Shown here: piece by piece, positions 51,361 to 64,000 of the stretch
Position numbering within the stretch: position 1 is the first letter of the stretch
Layout: each line of letters starts with the position of its first letter
Assembly: GCF_001194135.2 (NCBI RefSeq)
Contig: NC_068982.1
Span: forward strand, 49,041,037-49,105,036
Source of the DNA: Octopus bimaculoides
Taxonomy: Eukaryota
DNA length: 64,000 nt
Direction of reading: 5' to 3'
Position numbers and translations under genes: made by a program
Notes under the pieces: model-generated
Told to the model about the DNA's origin: nothing
The model's database searches: none
Seen by the model: the letters and a program-made list of their open reading frames with translations, nothing else

Positions 51361-51695
51361 TTATTGTTATTATTATAATTCCTTCGTAACACAGTGTAGG
51401 TAAAAATGCACTAGAGTCTTTAGTCACCTGTCAAGTCACAACAAGAACCTCAGACAGATAATACTTTCCTTAAGATGTGCACTGTACCCAATAAGGCTGC
51501 TTTTTGCAAAACATCAATATTGCATGGGATTTCCAGTTGCCTTAAGAAGTCATGAAGTTTCAATGAGATTCAGCCCAACGCTCTGATCACCACTGGTATC
51601 ACTTTTACATTACCCTCTCACATTCCATACAGTCTTGCCATTTCCACTTTCAATTTGGAGCACTTGGTGATATTTTCAACCTCTTTACTCACAAC
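51361..51695 (-). mobile_element. Second, older R4/Dong-clade LINE 3' end
   Basis: 51450-51689 (-) reads SKEVENITKCSKLKVEMARLYGM*EGNVKVIPVVIRALG*...LQKAALLGTVHILRKVLSV*; a degenerate (TAA)n tail lies at 51361-51378. Confidence 0.85.
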
Positions 51696-54156
51696 ACCAG
51701 TTGAATATCAGACGAGGGTTGATGTAATCAACTTGCTCTCTCTCTCTCCCAAAGCTGTTGGCCTTGTGCCAAAATTAGAAACCAAATATTTATTCAAAAG
51801 TGGAGCAGGTAGATGTTTCTAGACAACAATGATAAATAAATCAGGCGGTGAGCTGGGAGAATCAAAGGCATGCTGGGTAAAATGCTTAGCAGCATTTCAT
51901 CCTTCTTTACATTTTGACTTCAAATTCTGCTGAGATCATCTTTGCCTTTTATCCTTTTGGGGTCAAGAAAATAAGTAGCTGTTGAACACTGAAAATGACA
52001 TAATCGACTTGCTCCCTTCCCTAAAATTGCTGGCCTTGTACTAGAATTAGAAACTAATAATAAATTAATCAGAATAGAGTGAGGTGTATATTAATATTGA
52101 ATTCTGAACTGAACACTACTACTATAGCCATTGAGGATAACTTGACAGCATGCATCATGTTTACATCATTATTATTAGAAGCCCATGAAATCACAAAGAA
52201 ACATAGTCATCCTCTTTGTTCTCTCACATTTGATCCAGTGGAACATTCACAATGTGACAGCTGGAAGAAGACAGGGATGCACTAACACTCAGTCGGTACT
52301 TCATTGACTTCAAAAGAACAAAAGTTAACCTCAGCAACATTTGAACTCAAAGTGCAAAGAGTCAGAACAAATATTGCAGTGCATTTTATCTGATCTTCTA
52401 AAGACTCTGCCAACTGACTGCTTTGGAGAAGAATAAGAAGAAATAAGAAGTAAATGACAGCAGAGTTTGGTGCAGTCTTCTGACTTGCCGTTTCCTGTTG
52501 AACCACCCGACCCATGCCAGCATGGAAATTAGACATTAAATGATAATGACAATGATGTTTCTCCTAAACAAACAAAGGATAAACTGAATTAAAGTCTATA
52601 AACGATCTGTATATTGAGGGATAAATGCAGAAAATATTCAGTGTACTGGTGAAAACAACAACAATTAAAATACTAACATTTTGCAATGAAAATATTATAT
52701 ATAATTTAACAAGAATTAACTGCAATTATTTGAGAAAAAGAATAAGAAAAGAACATCATGAAATTTTGTTTATCCAGAAAATAGAAAGTTTTTAATTTCC
52801 TCAAATAAAAGAACTGGAAAGTATAAAAGGAAGGGAAGTATTATTTCAGAAAATTGATTTCCATTGATTTTTTTTGCTTCTCAAAAGAAGGGTTATGCTC
52901 ATATTCTTTATTCTTTCTTTATTTTTTTTTAATTATTTTTCAAACTAGGTTATTTGTGAGTAGTTTATTTTGCATTAAGAGCAGCAGTTAAGTAACTAAC
53001 AAGTCTTGTTCTACATCAAATTTAATTTTTGTTATATAATGATTTGGATATGTTTAGAGAAAAATTGAGCTGTGCTGTACTCTTTGACTCTGTCTTTGTG
53101 GTTAATGGTGTATTCCTCTCGACAACCACAAAAAAAAAAAAAAAACTGATAGAGATAAAAGAAAATAAAAAATATTTGCTATTGACTATTTTGATGTATG
53201 GTTTTCAATTAATGATTCTGAAAAGTTTTAAGGAATAATTAGCCAAGTCTCAAATTATAAAATTAGAAAATTTGTCCATCTGGTGTGCAATTTCAGAAAT
53301 TAAAAACAGAAAAGATTTTTTTGATTTTTTTTTCTCTTTATGATTATTGGGTTATTTTTATATTTTAATTTACAGCTTTTATTTTTATTTTTAGAAAAAT
53401 ATAAAACTTGAGTATGTTTAAAAATAGAAGTTTTTTTTAGTACCAAAGAATATTCAAGGAACAAGATGCTACAAGATATTTAGCTTACATTTAAATTATG
53501 TATCACAAACCATTTTCTTGTAATTTAACCATAACAAACAGAATTTTCTAGACAACACTTTTAAAATGTTCACAAGTTAAGAAAATTTAATTATCTGATA
53601 AGAAATTTATTGGGTGTTGAAAATAAAATTACTAAAGTAATTTTATGATCTTGATGTGTGAAAAAGAGCAGAATTGATACATTTACACACAAAGTGCTAA
53701 TACACCACCAGTCACTTTTCAGTCAACAAAACCATACAACATAACCATTGTCCCTTCAATGAGTCAATGGCCATTCTATGATTCAAACAAGCAACTGAAT
53801 TATCCCTCACATTATAATATTCCATTTTAATAAAATGATGCAAATACATAATGCAGCCATAGAAAACCCTAAAATGACAGGATGGTGATGGTTGGAATGC
53901 TGTTGATAGGCATGCTTAGTCAGGGCTGACCTATCTTTCTTTTATCTTTTACTTGTCTCAGTCATTAGACTACGGCCATACTGGAGTACCACTTTGAAGA
54001 ATTCTTAGTTGAATTAATTGACACCATTACTTATTTTTTGTTAAGCCTGGTACTTATTCTATCAATCTCCCTTGCTGAACTGTTAAGCTACAGAAAAGTA
54101 AACACACCACCAACACTGGTTGCCAAGCAGTGGTGGGACAAACACAGACACAATGA

Positions 54157-54187
<31 letters not shown>

Positions 54188-55989
54188 TTATTTTCTGTTT
54201 GACTTATTTTCTGAAACCTTGAACTGCTTGATGATGGCTTTCATCAGTTCACTCTTATTGTTACAGTTTTGGACCTGCTACATGAACTCAGCCATTCTGA
54301 GGATGTCTGGTCATTGAGAATATTTCTTGGCCACTGATGACATGTTCTCTATGATGACCAAAGACTAGTTCTCTACTGACCCTAAACACAAAGGACCAAA
54401 CTATGTTCAAGAAGAACCTGAGCCATTGTGGTTGGTGGCTAAAGCTATTAACATGGCATAGCAGTCTGTTTCCTAGGTCAAACTGGAATCAACTATGTTG
54501 ATACTGTTGAAATGTTCAAAAGAGAAATAAGTCTAAATTTGACATGTGAAACATAATATTCATAACATGAAGTTAGGTCATCATCAGTTCTTGGTTCACA
54601 AAAGCTTGTCTTGTGAACTATGTAATAAATCCAAGAAATTTTTCTCAACTGTAAGTACAAGGCCTGAAATTTTGGGGAGGGAAGTATATGATTACAATGC
54701 CTCCAGTGCTCAACTAATACCTATTTTATTGACCCTGAAAGGATGGCTGGCAAAGTCAACCTTGATAGAATTTAAACTCAGAAAATGAAGAAGGAAGAAA
54801 TGCCACAAAGCATTCTGTCTACCAACTTGCTGCCTTTGATGCATCGAAGAATGAAACACAACAATGATTATGATGGTGTTCTGTGATGAAACTGATCTAA
54901 ATGTAGGATATATGTAAATATAGATTGAGAAACTTTTCATCTCTGAAAATGAGATTAATAGCCAAAAAATTATAATCTTTAAAACCATTATATTCTAATA
55001 TATGCAAGTGGCAAGTGAGCAGATTAAATGTATTTTATAACAAGATGTAACAATCAAAGGGACATTATGATTACAAAATTGAGCATCAGTAACCATTCAA
55101 ATAAGTCCTGAGATAACTTCTTTGTTTGCCAGACCATTTTGGTTATTTTAACAAGAAATGACAGGACCACAAGCTTATTAGTATTCAGAAGCTTAAATGA
55201 AATGTTTCATTGCAAAAAGATTTTATAAAATCAATATATACTTAATCTTACCTTTCAGGAAAAATTAAATGCATTACTTGTTTCAGTTTTAGCATGATCT
55301 ATGAAAACATATCTAGAGAGAAACAGCAAATACATGTAAAGAGCATTACCACTGCAGAATATGACAAGTGTTTAGTGACTTAAAATAAAACTAAGCAAAA
55401 TGTAACCAGTTAATAAAAGAAACGTTGGCTGTTAAAGTAAGTGCATGTTAGGTCATGTTTAAGGCTCATTTGGAATAGAAGAAACACAAAGAGCTACTTA
55501 TGTTAAATAGTATCAATAATACAGTGATAGATATAAGAGATAGCTCACAGTACCTATACATTTTATAGTAAGAATTCTCATTTCACTGGACAGAAAAGTA
55601 TCATGGATATACATTGTGTAACCTCATACCAAATAAATTAAAGGCAAGAGTAAAAAAACATATATAACGTTCCTTTTTACGTGCCTTAACAACTGACATG
55701 ATATATTTACTGAGAAATGACAGAAAGCTGAAAAGACACTGAGGATAGAAAGTCAAATGTAATTTTTATCCTTTATCTTTCACTTGTCTTTAGACTGTGG
55801 CCATACTGGGGCACCACCTTGAGGAATTTTAGCTGAACTAATCAACCTTAGTATTTATTGTCTTTTTAAGCCAGGTACTATCAGTCTCTTTTGCTGAACT
55901 ACTAAGTTACAGGGAAACAAACACTAACACCGACTGTCAAGTGGTGGTGTGGGGGACAAACACACATACATATATATAGTCAATTAAAA

Positions 55990-56200
55990 AAAAACACAGG
56001 ATAAAAGAAAAACCAAACAAACATTTGGACATTGCACAAACAATGTATTAATAAGATGCACAGAGAAGGAAAAGAGTAGAAGTTTTATGTTTTGAGCATA
56101 GCTCTACTTCAGAAAAAAGGAAGAAGCAGGAAAGTCCAAGATGAAGGAGCGAAAAACATACCAGCCATCACGTGTGGTTATATTTTTGAAGAAGGTGACT
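55990..56200 (-). mobile_element. Penelope-like terminal-repeat fragment with a mutated hammerhead-like motif (56083-56116)
   Basis: Minus strand TTTT-CTGAAGT-A-GAGC(TAT)GCTC-AAAA-CA-TA-AAA within CT-rich flanks; the core GAAA is changed. Confidence 0.4.
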
Positions 56201-56639
56201 GGAAGTAGGAATGAAGAGAAAATACTTGCTGGAACAGGAGAGTGTGAAAATGGTCAGTATGCATGAGTGCATGCACGTGTGTGTGTGTGTGTGTGTGTGG
56301 TGGCGTGTAGTGTGTGTGGTAGCGTGTGTATGTATGGCAGTGTGTGCGTGTGGCAGTAACTGCATGTGTGTGTATGCGTGGTAGCCTGTGTGCATGTGGT
56401 GGCAACTGTGTGTGTATATATGTGGTGCATGTGTGTGTGCATAGATGGAAGGGTCAATAGTAGGTGAGAGGGAGTCAGAAGAGAGTGTGAGAATGTGTTG
56501 GCGTGGCTGTAGAGGGGTGAGAAGGAATGTGTGTGGATGCGTTGGTGTAGCCAAGAGTGTAAATATGTGTGTGGGTGTGTATGTGCATATATATATATAT
56601 AGCTCTATTCTTCCTGTCAACAACACTGAACACTGATTC

Positions 56640-57120
56640 CTTCAAATTTATTTCATGGGAGATACCACTGGGACAAAAATGCCTCTTTTGAATGGACTTC
56701 AGGAAATTTCCCATGCCACCAAACGATATGTGAGGAACTTCAAAACTACTATACAATACTGACATACAGACAAGCTCAAATTCAAAGTTATCATAAGGAG
56801 TGACCAAATGCCTATTGGAGAGCACCAAGGATGCTTTAACCAGCCCCAAAATGATGAAATTGCAATTCTGCTCTGCCATCCCGATGAGGCCACACCATCG
56901 ACTACATGGCTACCTCCTTCACCAATACATCAACATGCTTTTTCATGTCAACTCTTTAGCAACTATTTCAACACCAACTGGGATGGTCCACAAGAGTTTA
57001 CATCCTCGTGGTGTGGACTGGGCAGCATTCTGACTTTGGTCTGAATGACTAAAAACTCCAATACAATGCAATCATTCACCAATTTCCATTGTGCATTACC
57101 AGTGGACATGATACTTTTCA
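56640..57120 (+). mobile_element. Helitron Rep/helicase coding fragment
   Basis: FMGD...LQEISHATKRYVRNFKTT...FKVIIRSDQMPIGEHQGCFNQPQNDEIAIL matches the Helitron segment IYF.GD..LQ.ML...N.YV..FK....KVVI.AD.RP.GEH.RRFNAP..NEVAI. GY and HQF..VDM remnants follow downstream. Confidence 0.75.
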
Positions 57121-57923
57121 ACCCTTCATGATAGCTCATTAGTGACTGTTGTTATATGCAGGGGGATAACTCTAAGTAAACGCTCTGCTCACAAGAAGAC
57201 TCATGCTGGTCTGGTTATTTTCAGTACGTATATACTTGTATCTTGCTCACTTTTACCGTCATTACAACTTCACAATTATCTGTCTGTCTTTCAATGCAGC
57301 ATCTTTTCACTGCTAAAGATTCAAAGCAGTATTCGTGAACTGAAGTCAAATTCTTCATGTCTTCATTTTTTGTTACCTGAAGTCAATTTCAGAGTGGTTG
57401 TACACTGTAAGGATGTAGCAAATACATTCCTTTAACTCTACTTTTTCAAGTATGTATTATATTGCCATTTTTGAACATTCCAATCATATTTCTCTCTGAA
57501 GAAATAGCTCCCTTTGCTGTTGAATAAAATAAACATGCAGAGGGGAGGTTTCAACGTCTTCCTTCAATTTCCTCACACCATTTATGTGCCTTTTTCTGAC
57601 AAGAAATTTTGCTTTCATGTAAAACAACTATACTTTGTAGTCATTATCCGTAATCTACTCTCAAAACACTTCAATAGCTCTACTTTGCATCACTTGCAAA
57701 CTTATATGTTCTACAATTATTAAAGGGCAATGACCTCCACAATAACCAACCTTCAATTTGATTTTCCATTCCTAGGTTAATCGGAAATGTAAATTGCCAT
57801 GCTACTCATAAACCTTCTTAGTTGTTCAATTATTTGGTGAAATAAATACCACCAAAGCAATTTAAACTGTCCAAAGGACAGGTGCATTTACTAGTATATA
57901 TATATGTAAATATATGAATATAC

Positions 57924-57959
<36 letters not shown>

Positions 57960-57979
57960 ATATAAATATATGTATGTGA

Positions 57980-58026
<47 letters not shown>

Positions 58027-59417
58027 TGACTTTATGTCTGTGTTTGTCTTAGTCACCCAATGCTTGACAACCAGTGTTGGTTTGTTTACATCCCCATAGC
58101 TTAACAGTTTGGTAAAAGAGTGCAATATAATAAGTACCAGTCTTAAATAAAAAGTCCTGGGGTCGATTTGTTTGACTAAAACCTCTTCAAGGTAGTGCCG
58201 CAGCATGGCCACAGTCTAATGACTATAGCAAGTAAAAGAATAAAGGATAAAAGATAGAGATTATATGATGCACTTCAGTTCATTAAATTCAAGATTGCTT
58301 CAGGAATGCCAAAAAATTAAATAACATAGACATTTAGTAAGACAATTCACTCCTTTCCAATAGACATGAAGAATCAATGAACAAAGAATCTCAGTTTTTG
58401 ATTTTTCCATAATGGAACCTTTTATTAAGCAATGCATGATGTCTATATAAAAATAAACACAAAGAAAATATAAATAAACCTAGATATCATTAGCTATTTG
58501 CAATGAATTTCTAAACAAGGCAAACAAAGATTGTACAAATAAATATCAAATGACAAATAAGCTGAGATTACTTTCTATGAATGCTGTATTAAATAATTAA
58601 TGTTATAACATTATAATTACATTGTATGAAGAGAAATAATATCATTGATATGTTACTATTCAATTTGTAGAAGCTTAAATTAAATGATATTTCCTGTTAA
58701 TATTATTTCCATAACATACCTCATACTTATATACATCATCATCATCGTTTAACGTCCGTTTTCCATGCTGGCATGGGTTGAACAGTTTGACTGAGGACTG
58801 GTGAGCCAGAGGCTGCACCAGGCTCCATCTGATCTGGCAAAGTTTCTACAGCTGGATGCCTTTCCTATACATATATATATATATATATATAGGTAAGTGA
58901 TAGGCTTGCCTCGATCCTTCAGGGGTAGTCTGAAGCATCCAAGCAACCAGGGGATGTTTAAATCCGGAGGCACTCCTGGGGATCACCTGTATGGGTACCG
59001 TCTTGGGAAGAGGGCATCCAGAGGCAGGTAATTTATTGCTTAAACCGTAGTTTATAATTATATTTATGTGGAGAATGGAGCAACAAATACAAGAAAAAGC
59101 AATATTGTTGGACTAGTTAGCCGTTGTTTTATTACGTGGAGGTTATGTAATGAGTCATTGTGGAGGTTGAGGTTATGTAGTGAGTCATTTTGTATGTTAT
59201 GCAATAGTCATTTACGTAAATGATAAGCAAAATTGTAGAGGAACAATAGAGGTACAAAGAAAACCCATAACACACTGCAATGAAAATATTTCTCATGTTA
59301 ATTCCAAATAACATAGGAAAGAAACAAATGAATTTATATGCCAACCCAGTATATTCAAAGCAAATTATTTTCATTTTAGACAACGGATTTTCAAAATATA
59401 ATTTATACCAGATCTTT

Positions 59418-59604
59418 TCAGTGTTTTATATAAGAATGAGAAAGGTTTTTGTCCTTCATTTCCCATTTCCAGTACTGTGATTCATCTTGTAAGACAATTT
59501 TCATAGTATATAATTCAAAACATTTCTCTCCATCTATTTCATTATAAAATAAATGAACTTTTACTCCCAAACCATTTTGATGCCTGCTAAGTCCCATTGC
59601 TAGG
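59418..59604 (-). CDS. Candidate exon or pseudogene segment (LAMGLSRHQNGLGVKVHLFYNEIDGEKCFELYTMKIVLQDESQYWKWEMKDKNLSHSYIKH*)
   Basis: Strong acceptor (ttcactcttttctctctattttag) followed by 62 open codons; an overlapping +1 frame stays open to 59132. Product not established. Confidence 0.25.
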
Positions 59605-60451
59605 CTAAAATAGAGAGAAAAGAGTGAACATTTCTCTTTTATATAAGATAACTTAGTTGTTATCAAGAAAACTTACACATTCAAAATGTTTTTATCTGTG
59701 GAGAACAATGATTTTTATCAGTCAAATATAGTTCATAAGTCAAGGTATTTCAGGAAAAAAGAAAATCAAAAAAAGTAATGAATAAACTTCCCTGTCTACC
59801 ATCTTTCAAATGAAGCTTCTTATTTTGCTAAAAATCTGTAGGCTGCTTGTTCCTACAAGATGAGAAGCAAAAGAACAACATGATTATTTGGGAGTCAATG
59901 AAGATATAATTTGCTAGAAGGGATTCATTTTATAGAATTCTTTATCTAACCGCATAAATTGAAAATATAATTGATTCTGAGTTAAGGAATATTTGCATGT
60001 TTTATCATGAGATTGAAGATAACTAAACCGAAATTTCTAACATTGGCCCAAAGCTATAACTTTTGCAGGAGCACTCAGCTCATTAAATAGATGGTGTTAC
60101 TTGGCTGCAAGTTATTTTAGTGACACCCAGGTGGATGAAAAGCAAAATTGGCACTTTTTATAAATGAACTCAGAAAAAAAAAAAGAACTAACTAAATAGA
60201 ATAATTGTTTTATTTATTTATTCATGCATCGGTTATTATGTTACCTGAATATTAAAGGCTCTCTCACTCTGTCTGTTTGTATGTATACAGTGATAAGAAA
60301 CTCTCAAGAGATCTAAACACCAGAAGGTTTTCAGAAAAGAAACCCTACTCAGGCAAATATTTTAACCATTAATTTCTTTCACTCTAAGGGGACCAGCATC
60401 ACAACCAGGTTATAACTTTAATTGTAACTCCTCTCTGTTGTTTGCTTTAAT

Positions 60452-60489
<38 letters not shown>

Positions 60490-60554
60490 CCATCCATCTA
60501 TCCATGCATGATGGCATCTTCCATTGCAGATGTATGAAAGTTCAGCTTTTGCTG

Positions 60555-60802
60555 AACGACCAGCACAAAACATTTGTTTATAGTAATTCTATACATGTGC
60601 TGTACATTAGCTTGTTGCCTTCACCAAATCAACATTGCCTGTCTGGGTGCATAAGTATGCCACACCGTCATATATCAAAATGATTGCAGAGCAACTTGAA
60701 ATGAAGTGTTTTCCTCAAGAACACAACACACGGTCTGGTCTGAGAATCGAACCCACAATCTAGTGATCATGAGTGCAACACCCTAACCCCCAGGCCACAT
60801 GC
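60555..60802 (-). mobile_element. tRNA-derived SINE family D (C-like head, different body); second copy at ~22490-22742(-)
   Basis: Both copies share GTACATTAGCT...AAA.TGAT.GCAGAGCAA..TGA.ATGAA.TGTTT..CTCAAGAA.ACAA...GTGAGTGCAACACCC. Confidence 0.75.
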
Positions 60803-60825
60803 ATTCATTATATATATATATATAT

Positions 60826-60878
<53 letters not shown>

Positions 60879-60879
60879 C

Positions 60880-61042
60880 GGTGCAGATGTAGCTGTGTGG
60901 TAAGAAGCTTGCTTTCCAACCATATGGTTGAGGGTTCAGTCCCAGTTTGACATCTTGGGTAAGTATCTTCTACTATAGCTTCTGACTGACCAAAGTCTCG
61001 TGAGTGGTTTTGGTAGATGGAAACTGAAAGAAGCTCATCATA

Positions 61043-61078
<36 letters not shown>

Positions 61079-61550
61079 CCCCACCACACCACTTGGCAAC
61101 AGGTGTTGCTGTGTTTACATCCTCATAACTTAGCAGTTTGGCAAAAGAGATTGATAGAATAAGTACTAGGCTTAAAAAAAGTCCTGGTGTTGATTTGTTC
61201 AACTAAATCCCTTCAAGGCAGTGCCACAGCATGACCACAGCATGGCCACAGTCAAATGACTAAAACAAGTAAAAGTTAAAAGATAGAAGATATGTGGCAC
61301 CTTGGGCAAGTGTCTTTATATATATATATGAATATATATATATGTATGTGTGTTTGTGTGTTTGTCCCCCCAACATCACTAGACAACTGATGCTGGTGTG
61401 TTTCCGTCATCATAACCTAGTGGTTAGGCAAAAGAGACCAATAGAATAAGTACTAGGCTTATGAAGAATAAGTCCTGGGGTTGATTTGCTTGACTAAAGG
61501 CGGTGCTCCAGCATGCCCACAATCAAATGACTGAAAAAATTTAAAAGAAT
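60880..61550 (+). mobile_element. Two tandem SINE family A copies (60880-61283 full; 61294-61550 5'-truncated)
   Basis: Same head, CORE-like and tail motifs as 11395-11799. Further partial copies at ~403-520, 30344-30490, 34885-35056, 45843-46135, 53938-54190, 55765-55975 and 57920-58255. Confidence 0.88.
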
Positions 61551-61893
61551 ATATATGTATATATATAGGCATAGCAATGGCTGTTAGGTTAAGAAGTGCA
61601 CTTCACAATTTAATCCCAAGCTTTTGAGTTCAGTCCTACTGCTTGGCATCTATAGCAACTTCCTTTCTTCTGATATAGCCATGTGCTGAAAAATGTCTTG
61701 TGAGTGGAATTGGTATAAAAAAAAAAACTGAGTGTAAGCAATCATATGTGTATGTGTTCTTGTGCGTGTGTGTATGTGTGTGTGTAAGCACAAGCGTGTC
61801 TTCATCCATATTCTGCAACAGTGATTTGATAAACAGAAAATGGCAAAATAATTACCAGATTTTACAAAATAAGTACCAGAGACAATGTGATTG

Positions 61894-62130
61894 ATTAACC
61901 TTTTTCATACCAACCCACCAAAAACCACCCAGGTTCTATAATATAAATGTCTTATTTTAAATTAAAACCCTCCATCGAACTTTGATATTAATTTATGTTT
62001 CAAATGCCAGATTAACTGCGACAATTTTATTTGACTAAATTCTTCATTATTTTAAAAAATTGATTGAAACAAAGGTTGTGTTTCAGTTGGTAATATGGTA
62101 ATAAAAGAAATATGATAATAAAATGGTTTA
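61894..62130. mobile_element. piggyBac-like MITE (family 2), decayed; homologous truncated copy at 22145-22300
   Basis: Both copies start TTAACC.TTT..ATA.CAACCCACC.AAA...GGTTCTA..ATA.AAA..T.TT.T..TAAATTAAAAC.TT.CATC; the right end is degenerate. Confidence 0.55.
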
Positions 62131-64000
62131 AAGCTTTCAAGGGGACACCATATCACGTGACCAAGCAGGGATTCCACTTTTTTTCTTAAAATATAAGCTA
62201 TCATTAGTCTGTGAATGATTGTTGTGTGGTAAAATGTCTAACTGCATAAGGTGTCTTTATAATCAACTCTGACCATGCCAGGGTATCACTATGAAAAACT
62301 TCAATGAATGACTTGGACGTGTAAATGAATAAAATGAGAAAACAAAAGAATATTATAATTATGAGGATAAAATTTAAGTGACTTATAAACAATAGATTTT
62401 ACTTTCTGAAGAAGCAACCACCATTGACAAGACCAAAGTGGGTTATTTTCTCAAAACAATTGCACATCACTGGTGTGTGTGCATGTGCGCATTGTTTTGT
62501 GGGGGGGGGTGTCTCTGTGTGTGTGTGTGTGCTGTAAAGAGTTTAACTGAATCAGGTGTGCCTGGTTAACATGACTGAACATTTAATCATAAATGGAATC
62601 CAGCCATGTAAATATCCGTATCAATGCACTACATTCAAACAATTTAAACTTCAAATGTATATGTCTGTGTCTTAGTGAATGCAATATAAAAATAAAACAG
62701 CCGAATGCCTTAATTAAATTATCAACAATTGAAGATATTTACTGACGATTCCTGAAGAATATTATCAGTAAAGAAAGCATTGTTAAATTGCACTCCTGTC
62801 TGATTTCCTGTTGTGCAATAAACTGAATAGTATTACATGTAGCTAGCTAAGCAGCTAGGACAAGTTCATGTTTATTCCATCTTTAAAGAAATACAAAATT
62901 AAACAGCTGTAATCTGTTACTTCAGGCAAATCTCTCTTGACATCATACACATGCATTTGTAGGAGTTGTTGATGAAAATATTGATATTGGAAAGATTGTT
63001 GCTACATGCAAAGTATGCACTGAGGTTATAAGAACTTTCTATTCAAGATATTCATATGTCATCGTCCATGTATCTACTACAACTGACAGATCCTGTTTTG
63101 ACTTTGGTTCAGCCTAAAATTTTATAGACATCAATCTCCAAGGAGATAAGTAGTATGGTAAGTTTTAATTTCTCTTCAGTTCAAAGATTATTAAAGCATT
63201 TCATCATATTCCCAATTTGAGAAATGACATTCCAGTATTATCTAAAATAAATTTAAGCATATTCGTTTAAAAGAAAACTTTACATTGCTAGTGTCCAACA
63301 GGAAGCTTAAACATAGTAGTTTTCGATACATGAGATTACAGTATATTTCCAAACCTAAACACAGACCAAATTATTAGGTGTTTCCCAAATCAAAAGTGAC
63401 ATGTTGGCTTAACTTTAATCATCTGTTTTATATCCTGGATTGCACAACTTTCTGTTGAGATGATTAAAGAGAGAAAATACACCATTTCCTGTGAGTGGTT
63501 GTATCTTAATATTAACAGAGGATGAAAAATGTGATGTTGCAAGCAGGTGGATATGGGATCCATAAATTGATGTGTGAGTGAACATATGATATTTAGCCAG
63601 CTGCTGCTGAATAAAAACTAAAAGAAAGTAATAGTAACAATCAGAAAAGGTAGACAATTTTCCTAGTTTCTATCCAGGAATAATTTTTCGATATTTTCTC
63701 TGAGTAATTGCATGTTATTGATAAATCATTTCCAATTGCCTTCAGTGAGATCAAGAGGAAATAATACATTGGTTTGATTGGGTATGTGTTTGCATATGTA
63801 TGAATGAAACTGTATGTCTCTGCATTTGCATCGTGTGTGTGTGTATGTGTGCGTGCGTGCATGCATACATATGTGTGTGTGTGTGCGTGTGTGAGTATGA
63901 TTTTGTGTGTGGAGGTGTATGACTTAGTGGTTAGAGTATTGCATGGAATCGTAAGATGGGGTATCAATTTCTGAACTGAGCAATGCATTGTGTTCTTGAG

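Noticed and set aside
60068-60160. Candidate + exon GALSSLNRWCYLAASYFSDTQ
   Set aside because: It overlaps a decayed minus-strand family B SINE (GGATGAAAAGCAAA...GAACTCAGAA).

Overview
AT-rich, microsatellite-dense eukaryotic genomic DNA with six assembly gaps. The recurring SINE, LINE-tail and MITE families and the (TA)n/(CA)n/(GAT)n/(TAA)n load look like an octopus (coleoid cephalopod) genome; this is inferred from repeat style, not from a search. I could not confidently identify a host protein-coding gene, so the window reads as intron or intergenic DNA. Nearly all ORFs in the supplied track are microsatellite, gap or repeat artefacts. What can be supported is transposable-element history: a full-length decayed mariner with both TIRs and TA duplication (13384-14650, -), a 5'-truncated RTE LINE joined in frame to a Tc1 transposase relic (19161-20366, -), two R4/Dong-type LINE 3' ends with (TAA)n tails, a HERO-like endonuclease C-terminus, a very old Gypsy gag-protease(-RT-IN) relic, a Helitron Rep fragment and a separate Helitron 3' end, hAT, piggyBac-like and Tigger-like MITEs, two Penelope-type minimal hammerhead-like motifs, and dozens of tRNA-derived SINEs, two of them nested with visible target-site duplications. 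The most unusual unexplained structure is a 58-bp near-perfect inverted repeat (28171-28542) carrying its own palindrome. A few low-confidence candidate exons are flagged. No new biological system is established. Boundaries of old repeats are approximate.
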